Below, piece by piece: positions 1-9,954 of a DNA stretch of 64,000 bases. Each line of letters starts with the position of its first letter. Position 1 is the first letter of the stretch. The notes under the pieces are model-generated. The model made no database searches and was not told the origin of the DNA. It was given only the letters and a program-made list of their open reading frames with translations. The stretch is from an uncultured Chloroflexia bacterium (GTDB lineage Bacteria > Chloroflexota > Limnocylindria > Limnocylindrales > CSP1-4). The DNA is taken from contig CAWEZH010000002.1 in the NCBI GenBank assembly GCA_963813535.1, positions 1,056,001-1,120,000 of the forward strand, written 5' to 3'. The position numbers were made by a program, and so were the translations under genes.

Positions 1-86
1 GGCACGCCACTCAGCCCTCCGCCGAACTTCCCGATGGGCGTACGGGCCGCGCTCACGATGAAGGTCTGGCCGTTCCGGTCCTGCAT
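1..86 (-). CDS. Acetyl-CoA acetyltransferase (thiolase), N-terminus only; runs off the window edge
   Basis: Manual translation MQDRNGQTFIVSAARTPIGKFGGGLSGVP contains the thiolase N-terminal ARTPIGKFGG motif; TAGACT -10-like box 6 nt before the ATG. Confidence 0.9.
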   Translation of the reverse strand, partial: MQDRNGQTFIVSAARTPIGKFGGGLSGV

Positions 87-187
87 GGCCCGAGTCTACG
101 CCGAGGCTCTCGGATGGGCCGCGGATGAGAGTTCGCGGCGAAGGACACGGTAAGCCGCGGGTAAGGACGCGCAACGATGCTTGCCCG

Positions 188-934
188 ATGGATGACCAGC
201 GCATCGGCTGGACGCTGCGCGCCATCCGTCTCCGCAAGCGCTGGCGCCAATCCGACCTGGCCGCGCGAGCTCGAGTCTCCCGGTGGGTCGTCCTGCGCAT
301 CGAGCACGGTCGGCTCGCGTCGGTTCCGATCGGCAAGCTGCGAGCGGTCGCGGCCGCCCTCGACGCCCGGGTCGACGCTGTCGTGCGCTGGCATGGCGGC
401 GACCTTCCCCGGCTGCTCAGCGCGCGCCACTCCCGGATGCACGAGGACCTGGCGCGCTTCTTCGGCGACCTTCCCGAGTGGGTCGTCGAGCCGGAAGTAT
501 CGTTCTCGATCTACGGCGAGCGGGGTGTCATCGACGTCCTCGCCTGGCATCCGACGAGACGCATCCTCCTCGTCATCGAGCTGAAGACCGAGATCGTCGA
601 TATCAACGAGATGCTTGGAACCCTCGACAGGAAGCGTCGGCTGGCGATCGACATCGCCCGTGACCGAGGATGGCAGCCTGTGGCTGTGGCCACCTGGCTG
701 GTCATCGCGACTGGACGCTCGAATCGACGGGCGGTCGCCGATCACGCGGCAGTCCTCCGCGCGAAGCTCCCCGCCAACGGCCGGGCGATGCGCGCCTGGC
801 TGCGGAACCCGGTTGGGCCTCTCGACGCGCTGAGTTTCATGCCATCCGTGTATGGCACGCACCTTGGGTCCACGTCCGGCCCGATCCGCCGGGTCAGCAA
901 GCGTCGACCGGGTCGCGACACGCACGAATCCTGA
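188..934 (+). CDS. XRE-family HTH protein with C-terminal PD-(D/E)XK nuclease-like domain
   Basis: N-terminal LRAIRLRKRWRQSDLAARARVSRWVVLRIEHG (Cro/C1 HTH); C-terminal EVSF..GERGVIDVLAW..LLVIELKT matches the E..D..ExK catalytic pattern; start chosen at MDDQRIG. Confidence 0.8.
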   Translation: MDDQRIGWTLRAIRLRKRWRQSDLAARARVSRWVVLRIEHGRLASVPIGKLRAVAAALDARVDAVVRWHGGDLPRLLSARHSRMHEDLARFFGDLPEWVVEPEVSFSIYGERGVIDVLAWHPTRRILLVIELKTEIVDINEMLGTLDRKRRLAIDIARDRGWQPVAVATWLVIATGRSNRRAVADHAAVLRAKLPANGRAMRAWLRNPVGPLDALSFMPSVYGTHLGSTSGPIRRVSKRRPGRDTHES

Positions 935-992
935 GTGGATCGCCCCGTTCTGGGCGCGGGGCGGGCGCCACGATGGCCTGGATGCGGCCGTA

Positions 993-1091
993 GGTGCACG
1001 GGGTGCACCGATGGCCGAGATCGGGGGGCGAGGGTCTAGGGGCAGGACCAGGAGCGGGGCCTCGGCACCGCGGCGAGGTCACCCCCGCGAC
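993..1091. repeat. Two REP-like hairpins downstream of the XRE-nuclease gene
   Basis: GGTGCAC-GGG-GTGCACC (993-1009) and a degenerate inverted copy GGTCACCCCCGCGAC (1077-1091), resembling the GGTCAC-GGG-GTGACC units at 34.5-34.7 kb. Confidence 0.5.
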
Positions 1092-1135
1092 ACGGGACGG
1101 TACGCTGGAAGGCAGCCACACGAACGGAGGACGTC

Positions 1136-1492
1136 ATGCCCGGTGCCCGTATTTCCCACGTCGAGTTCCCCGCCGATGACCTCGAGCGAGCGAAGCGCTT
1201 CTACGCGGCCGTGGCCGGGTGGGAATTCCAGGCCATGGAGGGGTTCGACGACTACGAGCTGTTCTCGACCGACGAACAGACCGGAGGCGCGATCGGCGCC
1301 CGCGGGACGAGCACCGGGAAGGCGATCCGGATCTTCATCACGGTCCCGGATCTCGAGCAGGCCCGCGACGCGGCGATCGCCAACGGCGGGGCACTCGTCG
1401 AGGACATCACCGATGTCCAGGGCCAGGGCCGCTATGTCCTGGTCCGCGACACCGAGGGCAGCGAGGTCGCGCTCTGGCAGAACCCGGGCTAG
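1136..1492 (+). CDS. VOC/glyoxalase family protein
   Basis: ISHVEFPADDLERAKRFY..GW and VRDTEGSEVALW motifs; GGAGG RBS. Confidence 0.9.
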   Translation: MPGARISHVEFPADDLERAKRFYAAVAGWEFQAMEGFDDYELFSTDEQTGGAIGARGTSTGKAIRIFITVPDLEQARDAAIANGGALVEDITDVQGQGRYVLVRDTEGSEVALWQNPG

Positions 1493-1499
1493 CCGTCGC

Positions 1500-2668
1500 T
1501 CAGCGGCTGGCCCGCTTGAGGACCTCGCCCGCCACGATCTCGCGGTGGATCTGGTTCGTGCCCTCGTAGATCTGGGCGCCCTTGGCGTCACGCATCAGGC
1601 GTTCCACGCCGGTCTCGCGCGAGTAGCCACTCGCACCGAACAGCTGGACGGCATCGGTGGCGACCCGCATCGCCACGTCCGACGCGGTCCACTTGGCGAG
1701 CGATGACACCTCCGCCAGGGGCTCACCGCGATCCTTGGCCGCGGCAGCTTCCCGGGTGAGTGCCCGCGCCGCCGCCACGTCCCGTGCCATCTCGGCCAGC
1801 GTGAACCGCAGGCCCTGCTGCTCGGACAACGGCCCGCCGAACGCCGTTCGCTCGCCGAGATAGCCGGCCGCGGCATCCAGTCCGGCCCGTGCCAGCCCGA
1901 CGCACGCGGCCGCGATCGAGATCCGTCCCTCGCCGAGCGCCGACAGCGCGATCCGGTATCCCTCGCCCTCCTCGCCAAGCCGGTTCGCCACGGGGACCTC
2001 GCAGCCCTCGAACACGAGCTCGGCCGCGGGACAGGCGCGGATGCCCATCTTCCTCTCGTGCGCACCGAACCGGAAGCCGGGCATCCCCTTCTCCACGAGG
2101 AATGCCGTGATGCCCTTCGAGCCGGCCTCAGGATCGACCGTGGCGAACACGAGGTAGCGCTCGGCCTCCGGTGCGTTCGAGATCCAGATCTTCGTCCCGG
2201 TCAAGCCGGTACGCCTCGCCGTCTCCCACGACCTCGGCCCGGGTGCGGATGGCCGACGCATCGGAGCCGGCGTGCGGCTCCGTCAGCGCGAACGCACCGA
2301 GGGCCTCGCCGGACTGCATCGCGGGGAGCCAGCGGGCACGCTGCTCGTCGGTCCCCCAGGTGACGACCGGGTACTGCGACAGGATGTGGACCGACAGCGA
2401 CACGGCCATGGCCATGTCGGCCGCGCCGAGCTCCTCCATGACCAGCGTCCAGGCCAGATACGAGAAGCCGGCCCCGCCCACCGCTGCAGGGAACGGCGCC
2501 GCCGTCAGCCCGAGCGCCCCCATCTTGGCGAACAGGGACCGGTCGTAGCGTTCCGCCTCGTCCCGCTCGATCGCACCGGGTGCGACCTCGCGCTGCGCGA
2601 AGTCGCGCGCGGTCGACTCGAGCAGCCGCTCCTCGTCGCCGAGGGCTGGGGACCGGCGCCGCGGTCAT
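1500..2668 (-). CDS. Acyl-CoA dehydrogenase (butyryl-CoA dehydrogenase-like), two frameshifts near 2650 and 2203
   Basis: Pieces in three frames: ERLLESTARDFAQREVAP, GAFALTEPHAGSDA, GTKIWISN..ERLMRDAKGAQIYEGTNQI; ATG overlaps the hbd stop; indels are probably assembly errors. Confidence 0.85.
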
Positions 2669-3534
2669 GATCGCTCGCGCGGATACGTGTAGAAGCCCTG
2701 GCCGGTCTTCTGGCCGAGGTGCCCGGCATCGACCAGCTCGACGAGCACGTGCGGCGGGCGCATGTGCTCGAGCCCGAGCCCATCCTCGAGCACGCGCATG
2801 ATCCCAAGACACACGTCGAGGCCGATGAAGTCGGCCAGCTCGAGCGGGCCCATCGGGTGGTTGAGGCCGATCCGGGCGCCCGCGTCGATGTCCTCGGCCG
2901 TGCCGACGCCCTGCTCGAATGCGCGCATCGACTCGGCGAGGAACGGCATCAGGATCCGGTTGACGATGAACCCCGGTCGGTCGGCCAATTCGATGACCTG
3001 CTTGCCGAGCTCCGCGGAGAGCGCACGGATCGACTCGACCGTCTCGTCGGAGGTGTCGCCGGATCGGATCAGCTCGACGAGCGGCATGACCGGCACCGGG
3101 CTGAAGAAGTGCATCCCCACGAAGCGGCTGCGTCGGTCGCTCGACACTGACTCTGCGAGCCGGCGGATCGCGATCGAGCTCGTGTTCGACGCGAACGTCG
3201 TCTCCGGCGGCGCGATCCCGTCGAGCTGCCGCCACAGGGCGGACTTGACGCCCAGGTCCTCGAAGACCGCCTCGACGACGAGGTCGCTGTCGGCGGCCGC
3301 GGCCGCGTCGTCGGTCGGTGTGATCCGGGCGATCGTGGCGTCTCGGTCGGCTGCATCGAGGCGGCCCTTGTCCACCGCGCGCTGCAGGTTCCCGGCGATC
3401 CGGTCCCGGCCGGCCTCGGCGCGCGCCAGCTCGGGCTCGTACAGGACCACCTGCTTGCCGACTGCCGCATGGACCTGGGCGATGCCGTGGCCCATCAGGC
3501 CTGCTCCGGCGACGAACACCCGCTCGATCGTCAT
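2665..3534 (-). CDS. hbd: 3-hydroxybutyryl-CoA dehydrogenase
   Basis: VAGAGLMGHGIAQ Rossmann motif, ASNTSS, GMHFFSPVPVM, PGFIVNRIL, HPMGPLELADFIGLD. Confidence 0.92.
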   Translation of the reverse strand: MTIERVFVAGAGLMGHGIAQVHAAVGKQVVLYEPELARAEAGRDRIAGNLQRAVDKGRLDAADRDATIARITPTDDAAAAADSDLVVEAVFEDLGVKSALWRQLDGIAPPETTFASNTSSIAIRRLAESVSSDRRSRFVGMHFFSPVPVMPLVELIRSGDTSDETVESIRALSAELGKQVIELADRPGFIVNRILMPFLAESMRAFEQGVGTAEDIDAGARIGLNHPMGPLELADFIGLDVCLGIMRVLEDGLGLEHMRPPHVLVELVDAGHLGQKTGQGFYTYPRERS

Positions 3535-3574
3535 CGACCGGTAGCGTAGCGCGCCGTCGGCCGGCCTCGGGTCG

Positions 3575-4771
3575 TCACGCCGGTCGGGCCTCGACCACGA
3601 GCGATCGACGCCGCACCGCCAGGACCGTCGCGCCGATCGCCGACACGATGGCCGAGACGATGAACGCCGCGGGGTAGCCGCTGGCATCCACGGCGATGCC
3701 CAGGAGAGCCGGCGACAGCCCGAAGCTGAGGTCCAGGAACACGCTCGACGTCCCGACGACCGATCCACGCTCGGACTCGTCCACCCGTGCGACCGCGAGC
3801 GCGATCAGTGCCGGGAACATGAACGCGATGCCGGATGCGAACACCGCAGTACCGATGAACAGCCCGGCCGGCCCGGGCAGGATCCCGATCAGTGCCAGGC
3901 CGATCGCACCGACGACCAGCGCACCACCCGACAGCCGCGCGGCCCCGACCTGGTCCGGCAGCCGCACGAAGACGATCCGCAGCCCGACGACGATGAAGGC
4001 GTACATCGCGAGCGGGATGCCCGCCCCATCGAGCCCGAGGGACGTGGCATGTAGCGGCACGAACGCCAGGAACCCGGCCATGCCCCACGCGCCGGTGAGG
4101 ATGAGGAAGCCGGGCAGGACGCCGGCCGGATGGAAGAATCGACCCCGGGGAGGCCGCTCGCCCGTGGCCGCCGCCGCAAGCACGCCCGGGGCCGTCTCGG
4201 GGACGAACAGCGCCAGCACCGTCGCGATACCCGTGATCAGGGCCGCGCCGATCCACACGACCGCGAACCCCGTCGCCGCGAGGATCGCCTCACCGAGGAA
4301 CGGCCCGACCGCTAGACCGAGGTAGACCGACAGCGACGCGATGTTGATCGCCTCCCCCCGCCGCTCCTCGGGCGCGAGGTCGCTGACGGCAGCCAATGCC
4401 GCGACGAAGAACAGCGCCTCGCCGACGCCGTACACCGCCCGCACGACGATGAACACCGGGAGCGTCGTCGCAACGAGGTGCGCCGCGAACGCGGCGACCG
4501 TGACCGCGCCACCGAGCAACAGGAGTGGCCGCCGGCCGAAGCGGTCGGCGGCCCAGCCGACGACAGGTCGGAAGGCCAGGGCGGCGACCGAGAATGCGCC
4601 GATGCCGACCCCGACGCCCAGACCACTGGCGCCGAGCGGTCCGCTGGCGAACCGGGTCGCGACCGGGAGCACGAGGCCACCGGCAGTGAAGAACGCCAGC
4701 GCCGACACGAACAGGGCGAGGAAGGCCGGCGTGACGAGCGGTGGTCGCGGGTCGGACGTCGCCTGGCTCAC
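3575..4771 (-). CDS. MFS transporter
   Basis: About 12 hydrophobic segments; motif A GWAADRFGRRPLL. Confidence 0.92.
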   Translation of the reverse strand: MSQATSDPRPPLVTPAFLALFVSALAFFTAGGLVLPVATRFASGPLGASGLGVGVGIGAFSVAALAFRPVVGWAADRFGRRPLLLLGGAVTVAAFAAHLVATTLPVFIVVRAVYGVGEALFFVAALAAVSDLAPEERRGEAINIASLSVYLGLAVGPFLGEAILAATGFAVVWIGAALITGIATVLALFVPETAPGVLAAAATGERPPRGRFFHPAGVLPGFLILTGAWGMAGFLAFVPLHATSLGLDGAGIPLAMYAFIVVGLRIVFVRLPDQVGAARLSGGALVVGAIGLALIGILPGPAGLFIGTAVFASGIAFMFPALIALAVARVDESERGSVVGTSSVFLDLSFGLSPALLGIAVDASGYPAAFIVSAIVSAIGATVLAVRRRSLVVEARPA

Positions 4772-5772
4772 CGTTCCGCCCTGGCGATCGCCTCCAGCAG
4801 ACGATCGGCGGCCGCGTACGGATCGAGTCGATGCTCCGCGACATCTTCGACGACGGATGCGGCGAGTGGCGCGAGGGCCGGTTCGCCGAGCCGATCGGCC
4901 AGCCGATCCGCGAGGACGCCTCGGATCTGGGCCAGCGCCCGGGCTCGCCGCGCATCCGCGGTCAGGCCCTCGCGATCCGCCATCCGGTGCCGATCGAGCG
5001 CGGCAAGGAGCTCGGGGATGCCCTCACCGGTGGTGGCCGTCGTCACGAGGACCTCCGGCCGCTTCGGCGCGGGTCGGTCCCGTGAGGCATCGCCGCGCGC
5101 AACGGTCGGCACGAGCATGGCTCGGAGCTGGGCGGCCGTGCGCAAGGCGCCCGGCCTGTCGCCCTTGTTGACCACCACGAGATCGGCGACCTCGAGGAGG
5201 CCCGCCTTGATGGCCTGGACCTCGTCGCCCATCTCGGGCGCCTCTAGCACGACGGTCGTGTCGGCGGCGGCCGCCACCTCGACCTCGCTCTGGCCCGTGC
5301 CGACCGTCTCGATCAGCACCAGGTCGAAGCCCGATGCGTCCATCACGGCGGCGGCAGCCGTGGTCGTCGACGCCAGGCCGCCGGCGTGTCCCCGGGATGC
5401 CATCGACCGGATGAAGACATCCCTGTCGTCGGCGTACGACTGCATCCGGACGCGATCACCGAGCAGCGCCCCGCCCGTGATCGGCGATGACGGGTCGACC
5501 GCGACCACGGCGACGGCTCGACCCGCAGCCCGCGCCGCGGCGATCAGTGCCGCGACGAGTGTCGATTTCCCGGAGCCGGGCGGTCCGGTGATCCCCACCA
5601 GGTGCGCACGACCGGCTTGCGGGTAGAGCTGGCGAAGTGCGGTCTCGGCCAGGGGCGTCCGGTTCTCGACGGCGGTGAGGAGCCGGGCAAGTGCGCGTCG
5701 GTCGCCCGACGCGGCGGCGTCGGCCAGCTGTTCGCCCCCGACCGCGGCCCGGGGAGTCGGGGACTCCCCCAC
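4768..5772 (-). CDS. meaB: MeaB/ArgK-type GTPase chaperone of B12-dependent acyl-CoA mutase
   Basis: GITGPPGSGKST, VDPSSPITGGALLGDRVRM, ETVGTGQSE, NKGD; GTG start just after the B12-binding subunit. Confidence 0.93.
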   Translation of the reverse strand: MGESPTPRAAVGGEQLADAAASGDRRALARLLTAVENRTPLAETALRQLYPQAGRAHLVGITGPPGSGKSTLVAALIAAARAAGRAVAVVAVDPSSPITGGALLGDRVRMQSYADDRDVFIRSMASRGHAGGLASTTTAAAAVMDASGFDLVLIETVGTGQSEVEVAAAADTTVVLEAPEMGDEVQAIKAGLLEVADLVVVNKGDRPGALRTAAQLRAMLVPTVARGDASRDRPAPKRPEVLVTTATTGEGIPELLAALDRHRMADREGLTADARRARALAQIRGVLADRLADRLGEPALAPLAASVVEDVAEHRLDPYAAADRLLEAIARAER

Positions 5773-5773
5773 C

Positions 5774-6178
5774 CTAGTCGCGTGGATGCGCGTTATCGCG
5801 CAGGAAATCGGCGACCTGGGCGATGGTCGTGCCCGGGCCGAAGACCGCGGCCACGCCGGCGTCACGCAACGGCTGGACGTCGACGTCCGGGATGATCCCG
5901 CCGACCGTGACGAGCACGTCGTCGAGACCGGCGTCCTTGAGCAGCTTCGTGATGCGCGGGACCAGCGTCATGTGGGCCCCCGACAGGATCGACAGCCCGA
6001 CCACGTCGACGTCCTCCTGGAGGGCGGCCGTGGCGACCATCTCGGGCGTCTGCCGAAGGCCGGTGTACACGACCTCGAAGCCCTCGTCGCGCAGGCCCCG
6101 GGCAAGCACCTTGGCCCCGCGGTCATGGCCGTCGAGGCCGGGCTTGGCGATCAGGACTTTGATGGGCCGGTCCGGCAT
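5774..6178 (-). CDS. Cobalamin-binding small subunit of acyl-CoA mutase (IcmB/MutB-like)
   Basis: [12 protein letters not shown] (DxHxxG), [14 protein letters not shown]; TACAAT box 6 nt before the ATG. Confidence 0.95.
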   Translation of the reverse strand: MPDRPIKVLIAKPGLDGHDRGAKVLARGLRDEGFEVVYTGLRQTPEMVATAALQEDVDVVGLSILSGAHMTLVPRITKLLKDAGLDDVLVTVGGIIPDVDVQPLRDAGVAAVFGPGTTIAQVADFLRDNAHPRD

Positions 6179-6226
6179 GGCGGGATTGTAGTCACCGCCA
6201 CGCCTCGCCGACCCATCAGACCAACG

Positions 6227-6985
6227 TCAAGCGGTCGTTCGCGCGAACGCCCTCGACGCGATCACCAGCGAGATCACTGCCAGGGTCGTCATGACCACCG
6301 AGCCGACGACGATCTGCGGGTCGTCCCACAGGCCGTTGAACAGGGCCCGCGCCGCATCGACCGCGTGGGTGAGCGGATTCAACGTCGAGAGGGTCTGCAG
6401 CCAGTCCGGCGCGAGTGCCATGGGCAACATGATCCCCGACAGCAGGAGCAGCGGCAGGGTGACCGCTTGCGCGATCGGCGCCAGCGCATCCTCGCTCTTC
6501 GTCACGAGCGCGAGGGTGTACGAGAGCAAGGAGAAGGTCAGGCCGACCAAAGCCACGATACCGAGCGTTAGGACGGCCCCGGCGGGGTCGATCTTGAGGC
6601 CGAACGGGATGGCGACCAGGATCAGCAGCGCCGACTGGGCGAGCAGGATCGTGACGTCCCGGAGCGACCGACCCGCGAGCATCGCAAAGCGGCTCATCGG
6701 GGTCACCCGCATCCGCTCGACGACGCCGTACCGGATCTCGGCGACCAGCCCGAAGCCGGCGAAGAACGCCGCGAAGAAGGCCGTCAGGATGAGCAGGCCC
6801 GGGACGAACCAGTTGAACGCGCTGGCGGAGGCGCCGGCCGTGGACGTCGCGCCTTCGAGGAGCGGCGCGAACAGGATCAGATAGAGGATCGGCTGGAACA
6901 GGCCCATCGCGACCCACACCGGCTGTCGCAGGGTCAGGGTGAGCGAGCGGCGATACATCAGCCAGGTATCACGGATGAGCTTCAT
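6227..6985 (-). CDS. ABC-2 type exporter permease (DrrB-like)
   Basis: MKLIRDTWLMYRRSL..LRQP; six TM segments; LNPLTHAVDAARALF. Confidence 0.9.
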   Translation of the reverse strand: MKLIRDTWLMYRRSLTLTLRQPVWVAMGLFQPILYLILFAPLLEGATSTAGASASAFNWFVPGLLILTAFFAAFFAGFGLVAEIRYGVVERMRVTPMSRFAMLAGRSLRDVTILLAQSALLILVAIPFGLKIDPAGAVLTLGIVALVGLTFSLLSYTLALVTKSEDALAPIAQAVTLPLLLLSGIMLPMALAPDWLQTLSTLNPLTHAVDAARALFNGLWDDPQIVVGSVVMTTLAVISLVIASRAFARTTA

Positions 6986-7013
6986 CGAAGGGTTCCTTTC
7001 GTGTTCGTCGATG

Positions 7014-7997
7014 TCAGGCTGCCGCGTCGTCGCGGAGCGAGCGGCCGGTCTGGCGGAGGAAGACGTCGTCGAGGCTCGGCCGATGCAGGGCGATCGACGA
7101 TGGGGCCAAGCCGGCGCCGTCGAGCACCCGCAGGAGCTGCGGAACCGCGGTCTCGCCGCGATCGACGTACAACCGGACCTCACCGTCCTCGCCGGTCGCC
7201 TCGCGCACGAACGGCTGACTGCGGACGGTCTCGAGGACGCTTTCGGTGGCACCGTTGACGACGAGCGTGATGACATCGCCGGCGACCTGGCGCTTGAGCT
7301 CGTCGGCAGTGCCCTCGGCCACGATCCGACCGTGGTCGATGATCGCCAGCCGGTCGGCCAGCGCGTCCGCCTCCTCCAGGTAGTGGGTGGTCAGGAAGAC
7401 GGTCGTCCCCTGCCCGCGGAGCGCGCGGATCTCGTCCCACATGCCCGCCCGGGCCTGCGGATCGAGCCCGGTCGTGGGCTCGTCGAGGAACAGGACGGCA
7501 GGTCGATGCACGATGCCGAGGCCGACATCGAGCCGGCGCTTCATCCCGCCGGAGTACGTGGCGATCGACCGATCCGCGGCCGACTCGAGGTCAAGCGAGG
7601 CGAGGACCTCACGGGCGCGGGCGACCGCTTCGCTCTTGCTCATCCCGTACAGGCGGCCCTGGATGACCAGCTCGCCACGGCCGGTCTCAGCCGGGTCGGT
7701 CGAGCCACCTTGTGGGACGTAGCCGATCCGCTCACGGACCTTCTGCGGCTGACGCCGCAGGTCGGCGCCCGCGACCGTCGCCTCGCCGGAGGTCGGCGGA
7801 AGAAGCGTGGCGAGCATGCGCAGCGTGGTGGTCTTGCCAGCACCGTTAGGCCCGAGGAAGCCGAAGATCTCGCCCGCGCCGACGCGGAGGTCGACGCCAC
7901 GGACGGCCTCGATGTCTTCCTTCTTGCCACGGACCTTGAACGTCCGCCGCAGGTCCTGCGTCTGGATCATCGGCCCGATGGCCGTCGGCGTGGTCAT
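7014..7997 (-). CDS. ABC exporter ATP-binding subunit (DrrA-like)
   Basis: GPNGAGKTT, YSGGMKRRL, LFLDEPTTGLDP, PSLDDVFL. Confidence 0.95.
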   Translation of the reverse strand: MTTPTAIGPMIQTQDLRRTFKVRGKKEDIEAVRGVDLRVGAGEIFGFLGPNGAGKTTTLRMLATLLPPTSGEATVAGADLRRQPQKVRERIGYVPQGGSTDPAETGRGELVIQGRLYGMSKSEAVARAREVLASLDLESAADRSIATYSGGMKRRLDVGLGIVHRPAVLFLDEPTTGLDPQARAGMWDEIRALRGQGTTVFLTTHYLEEADALADRLAIIDHGRIVAEGTADELKRQVAGDVITLVVNGATESVLETVRSQPFVREATGEDGEVRLYVDRGETAVPQLLRVLDGAGLAPSSIALHRPSLDDVFLRQTGRSLRDDAAA

Positions 7998-8033
7998 GTC
8001 GGTCTCCTGTCGCTATGCTGGATTGGCGGCGTC

Positions 8034-8080
8034 ACTTGCGCCGTTCAGCATCCTCGGGCATTATCTGCACGGCGCAGATA
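8034..8080. promoter_or_regulatory. Probable MarR operator(s) between the divergent ABC operon and the MarR gene
   Basis: Inverted repeat TATCTGC-ACGGC-GCAGATA (8062-8080) plus a related half-conserved copy ACTTGCGCCGTTCAGCAT (about 8034-8051). Confidence 0.6.
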
Positions 8081-8107
8081 TTTACCCATCGAGGAGACAT
8101 TGTCAAC

Positions 8108-9184
8108 ATGAACCGTGATTCGATCAATTCCGTCCTCCGCTCACTCCGGCGGGTGAACCTCCAGGGCTCGCTGTTCGGCCAGACCGTTGCCATCCGCTTC
8201 GGGCTGACCGAGTCGGACATCGAGGCCCTCGAGGCACTCATCGACAGCGGCGCCGCGACCGCCGGCCGGCTGTCCGACCTCACGGGTCTGACGACCGGGG
8301 CGGTCACCCGCGTCATCGATCGCCTCGAGCAGGCGGGCTACGTCCGCCGCATCCCCGATCCCGCCGATCGCCGGCGCGTCATCGTCGAGGTCGTGCCGGA
8401 GCGCATCGCCCCGGTCGAGAAGACGATCGCCCGCGTCGGTGACGCGAGCGCGTCGGTGATCATCGGGTACTCGGAGGGTGACCTGACGGTCATCAACGAC
8501 TTCCTGACGCGCATGGCGGCGATCCGCCGCGACGAGGCAAACGCGCTCCGGAACAGCCCCGAGGAATCCGGCGACGGAGGATCCGAGCACACGGCGCCGA
8601 TCGGCGGCCTCGATCGTGCCCGGCTCCTGTTCAAATCCGGCGCCCACGAGCTCCTGATCCGCGCTGTCACGGATATCGATGACCTCTACCGAGCCCGATT
8701 CGATGGACGGGTGCCGCAGGTTCGGCTGCGCGATGGCGTCGTGACGATCCAGTACAAGGGCGGCTGGCAATGGGACGGCCATGAGCGGCGCACCGACGTA
8801 TCGCTCAACGCAGCGATCCCGTGGGACGTCGAGATCGTCGGCGGCGCGAGCAAGCTCCAAGGCAAGTTCTCGTCCCTGGACCTGCGTTCCTTCTCGCTGA
8901 CCGGGGGCGTCGATCGGATGCGGTTGACCCTCGGCGCACCGACCGGCGACGTCCCCGTCAAGTTCACCCGCGGCGCCAACAACATCCGGATCGAGCGACC
9001 GACCGGGGTGCATGTCCGGCTGAACCTGACAGGTGGGGCCGGGCGCATCGACTTCGACCAGCAACGGCTGGGTGCGACCGGGGACACGATCCTGGAGACC
9101 ACGGGCGCAAGCGACGCGCCGGACCGCTATTCGATCGACATCGTGGGTGGCGCCGGGAGGATCACGATCACCGAGGTGGACTGA
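8108..9184 (+). CDS. MarR-family regulator with C-terminal beta-rich (DUF4097/LiaF-like) domain
   Basis: AGRLSDLTGLTTGAVTRVIDRLEQAGYVRR..DRRRVIV MarR motif, followed by about 200 aa with repeated GGAS/GGVD/GGAG beta-solenoid-like turns; GAGGAG RBS. Confidence 0.85.
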   Translation: MNRDSINSVLRSLRRVNLQGSLFGQTVAIRFGLTESDIEALEALIDSGAATAGRLSDLTGLTTGAVTRVIDRLEQAGYVRRIPDPADRRRVIVEVVPERIAPVEKTIARVGDASASVIIGYSEGDLTVINDFLTRMAAIRRDEANALRNSPEESGDGGSEHTAPIGGLDRARLLFKSGAHELLIRAVTDIDDLYRARFDGRVPQVRLRDGVVTIQYKGGWQWDGHERRTDVSLNAAIPWDVEIVGGASKLQGKFSSLDLRSFSLTGGVDRMRLTLGAPTGDVPVKFTRGANNIRIERPTGVHVRLNLTGGAGRIDFDQQRLGATGDTILETTGASDAPDRYSIDIVGGAGRITITEVD

Positions 9185-9202
9185 GGGTCCGAGGCCACCC
9201 CA

Positions 9203-9913
9203 TCAGCCCGGGATCGGTGTCCGGCGAGCCAGATGGTCGAGGAACTCCGCGCGCGTCCGGTCGCGGGTACGGAACAGTCCAAGGACGGATGACGTGGTCA
9301 TGATCGTGCCGGGTTTGCGAACACCGCGCATCACCGCGCACAGGTGCGTCGCCTCGATCACGACGCCGACGCCCTGCGGTTCCAGGCGGTCCTGGAGGAA
9401 CTCCGCGATCTGCTGCGTCAAGCGCTCCTGGACCTGGAGGCGCCGGGCGTACATCTCGACGATGCGCGGGATCTTCGACAGGCCGATGACCCGGCCACGC
9501 GGGATATAGGCGACCGCCGCCGCCCCGAAGAACGGCAGCAGGTGGTGCTCGCACAGCGAGTAGAACGGGATGTCCTTGACGATCACCATCTCGCTGTAGT
9601 CGACGTCGAAGATCGCGTTGTTGATCAGGCGCTCGGGATCGACGTGATAGCCGGCGGTCAGCTCGGTGTACATCCGGTGCACGCGCTCCGGGGTCCCGAC
9701 CAGTCCCTGGCGGTCCGGATCCTCGCCGATCTCCTCGAGGATGCGATGGACCGCGTCTTCGACGCGCCCGTTGTCGCTGGGCGTTTCGCCACCGTGGTCG
9801 CGCCCGCGCGATCCGGTGATGTCGTCGATGGCGACGCTCGTCTCACCGATCTCGGATTCGATCTCGTCCACGAGTCGACGAACGTTCGGGGGCAGGTCGG
9901 TCGGGCGAGCCAT
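9203..9913 (-). CDS. folE: GTP cyclohydrolase I
   Basis: [50 protein letters not shown]. Confidence 0.96.
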   Translation of the reverse strand: MARPTDLPPNVRRLVDEIESEIGETSVAIDDITGSRGRDHGGETPSDNGRVEDAVHRILEEIGEDPDRQGLVGTPERVHRMYTELTAGYHVDPERLINNAIFDVDYSEMVIVKDIPFYSLCEHHLLPFFGAAAVAYIPRGRVIGLSKIPRIVEMYARRLQVQERLTQQIAEFLQDRLEPQGVGVVIEATHLCAVMRGVRKPGTIMTTSSVLGLFRTRDRTRAEFLDHLARRTPIPG

Positions 9914-9954
9914 GGTCGAGGGATGGTACGCCGACCGCTGCGGGAGCGGATGCC

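Noticed and set aside
188-934. Restriction-modification or toxin-antitoxin defence system
   Set aside because: No methyltransferase or partner gene is adjacent; the VOC gene downstream has its own RBS and is a common stand-alone gene.
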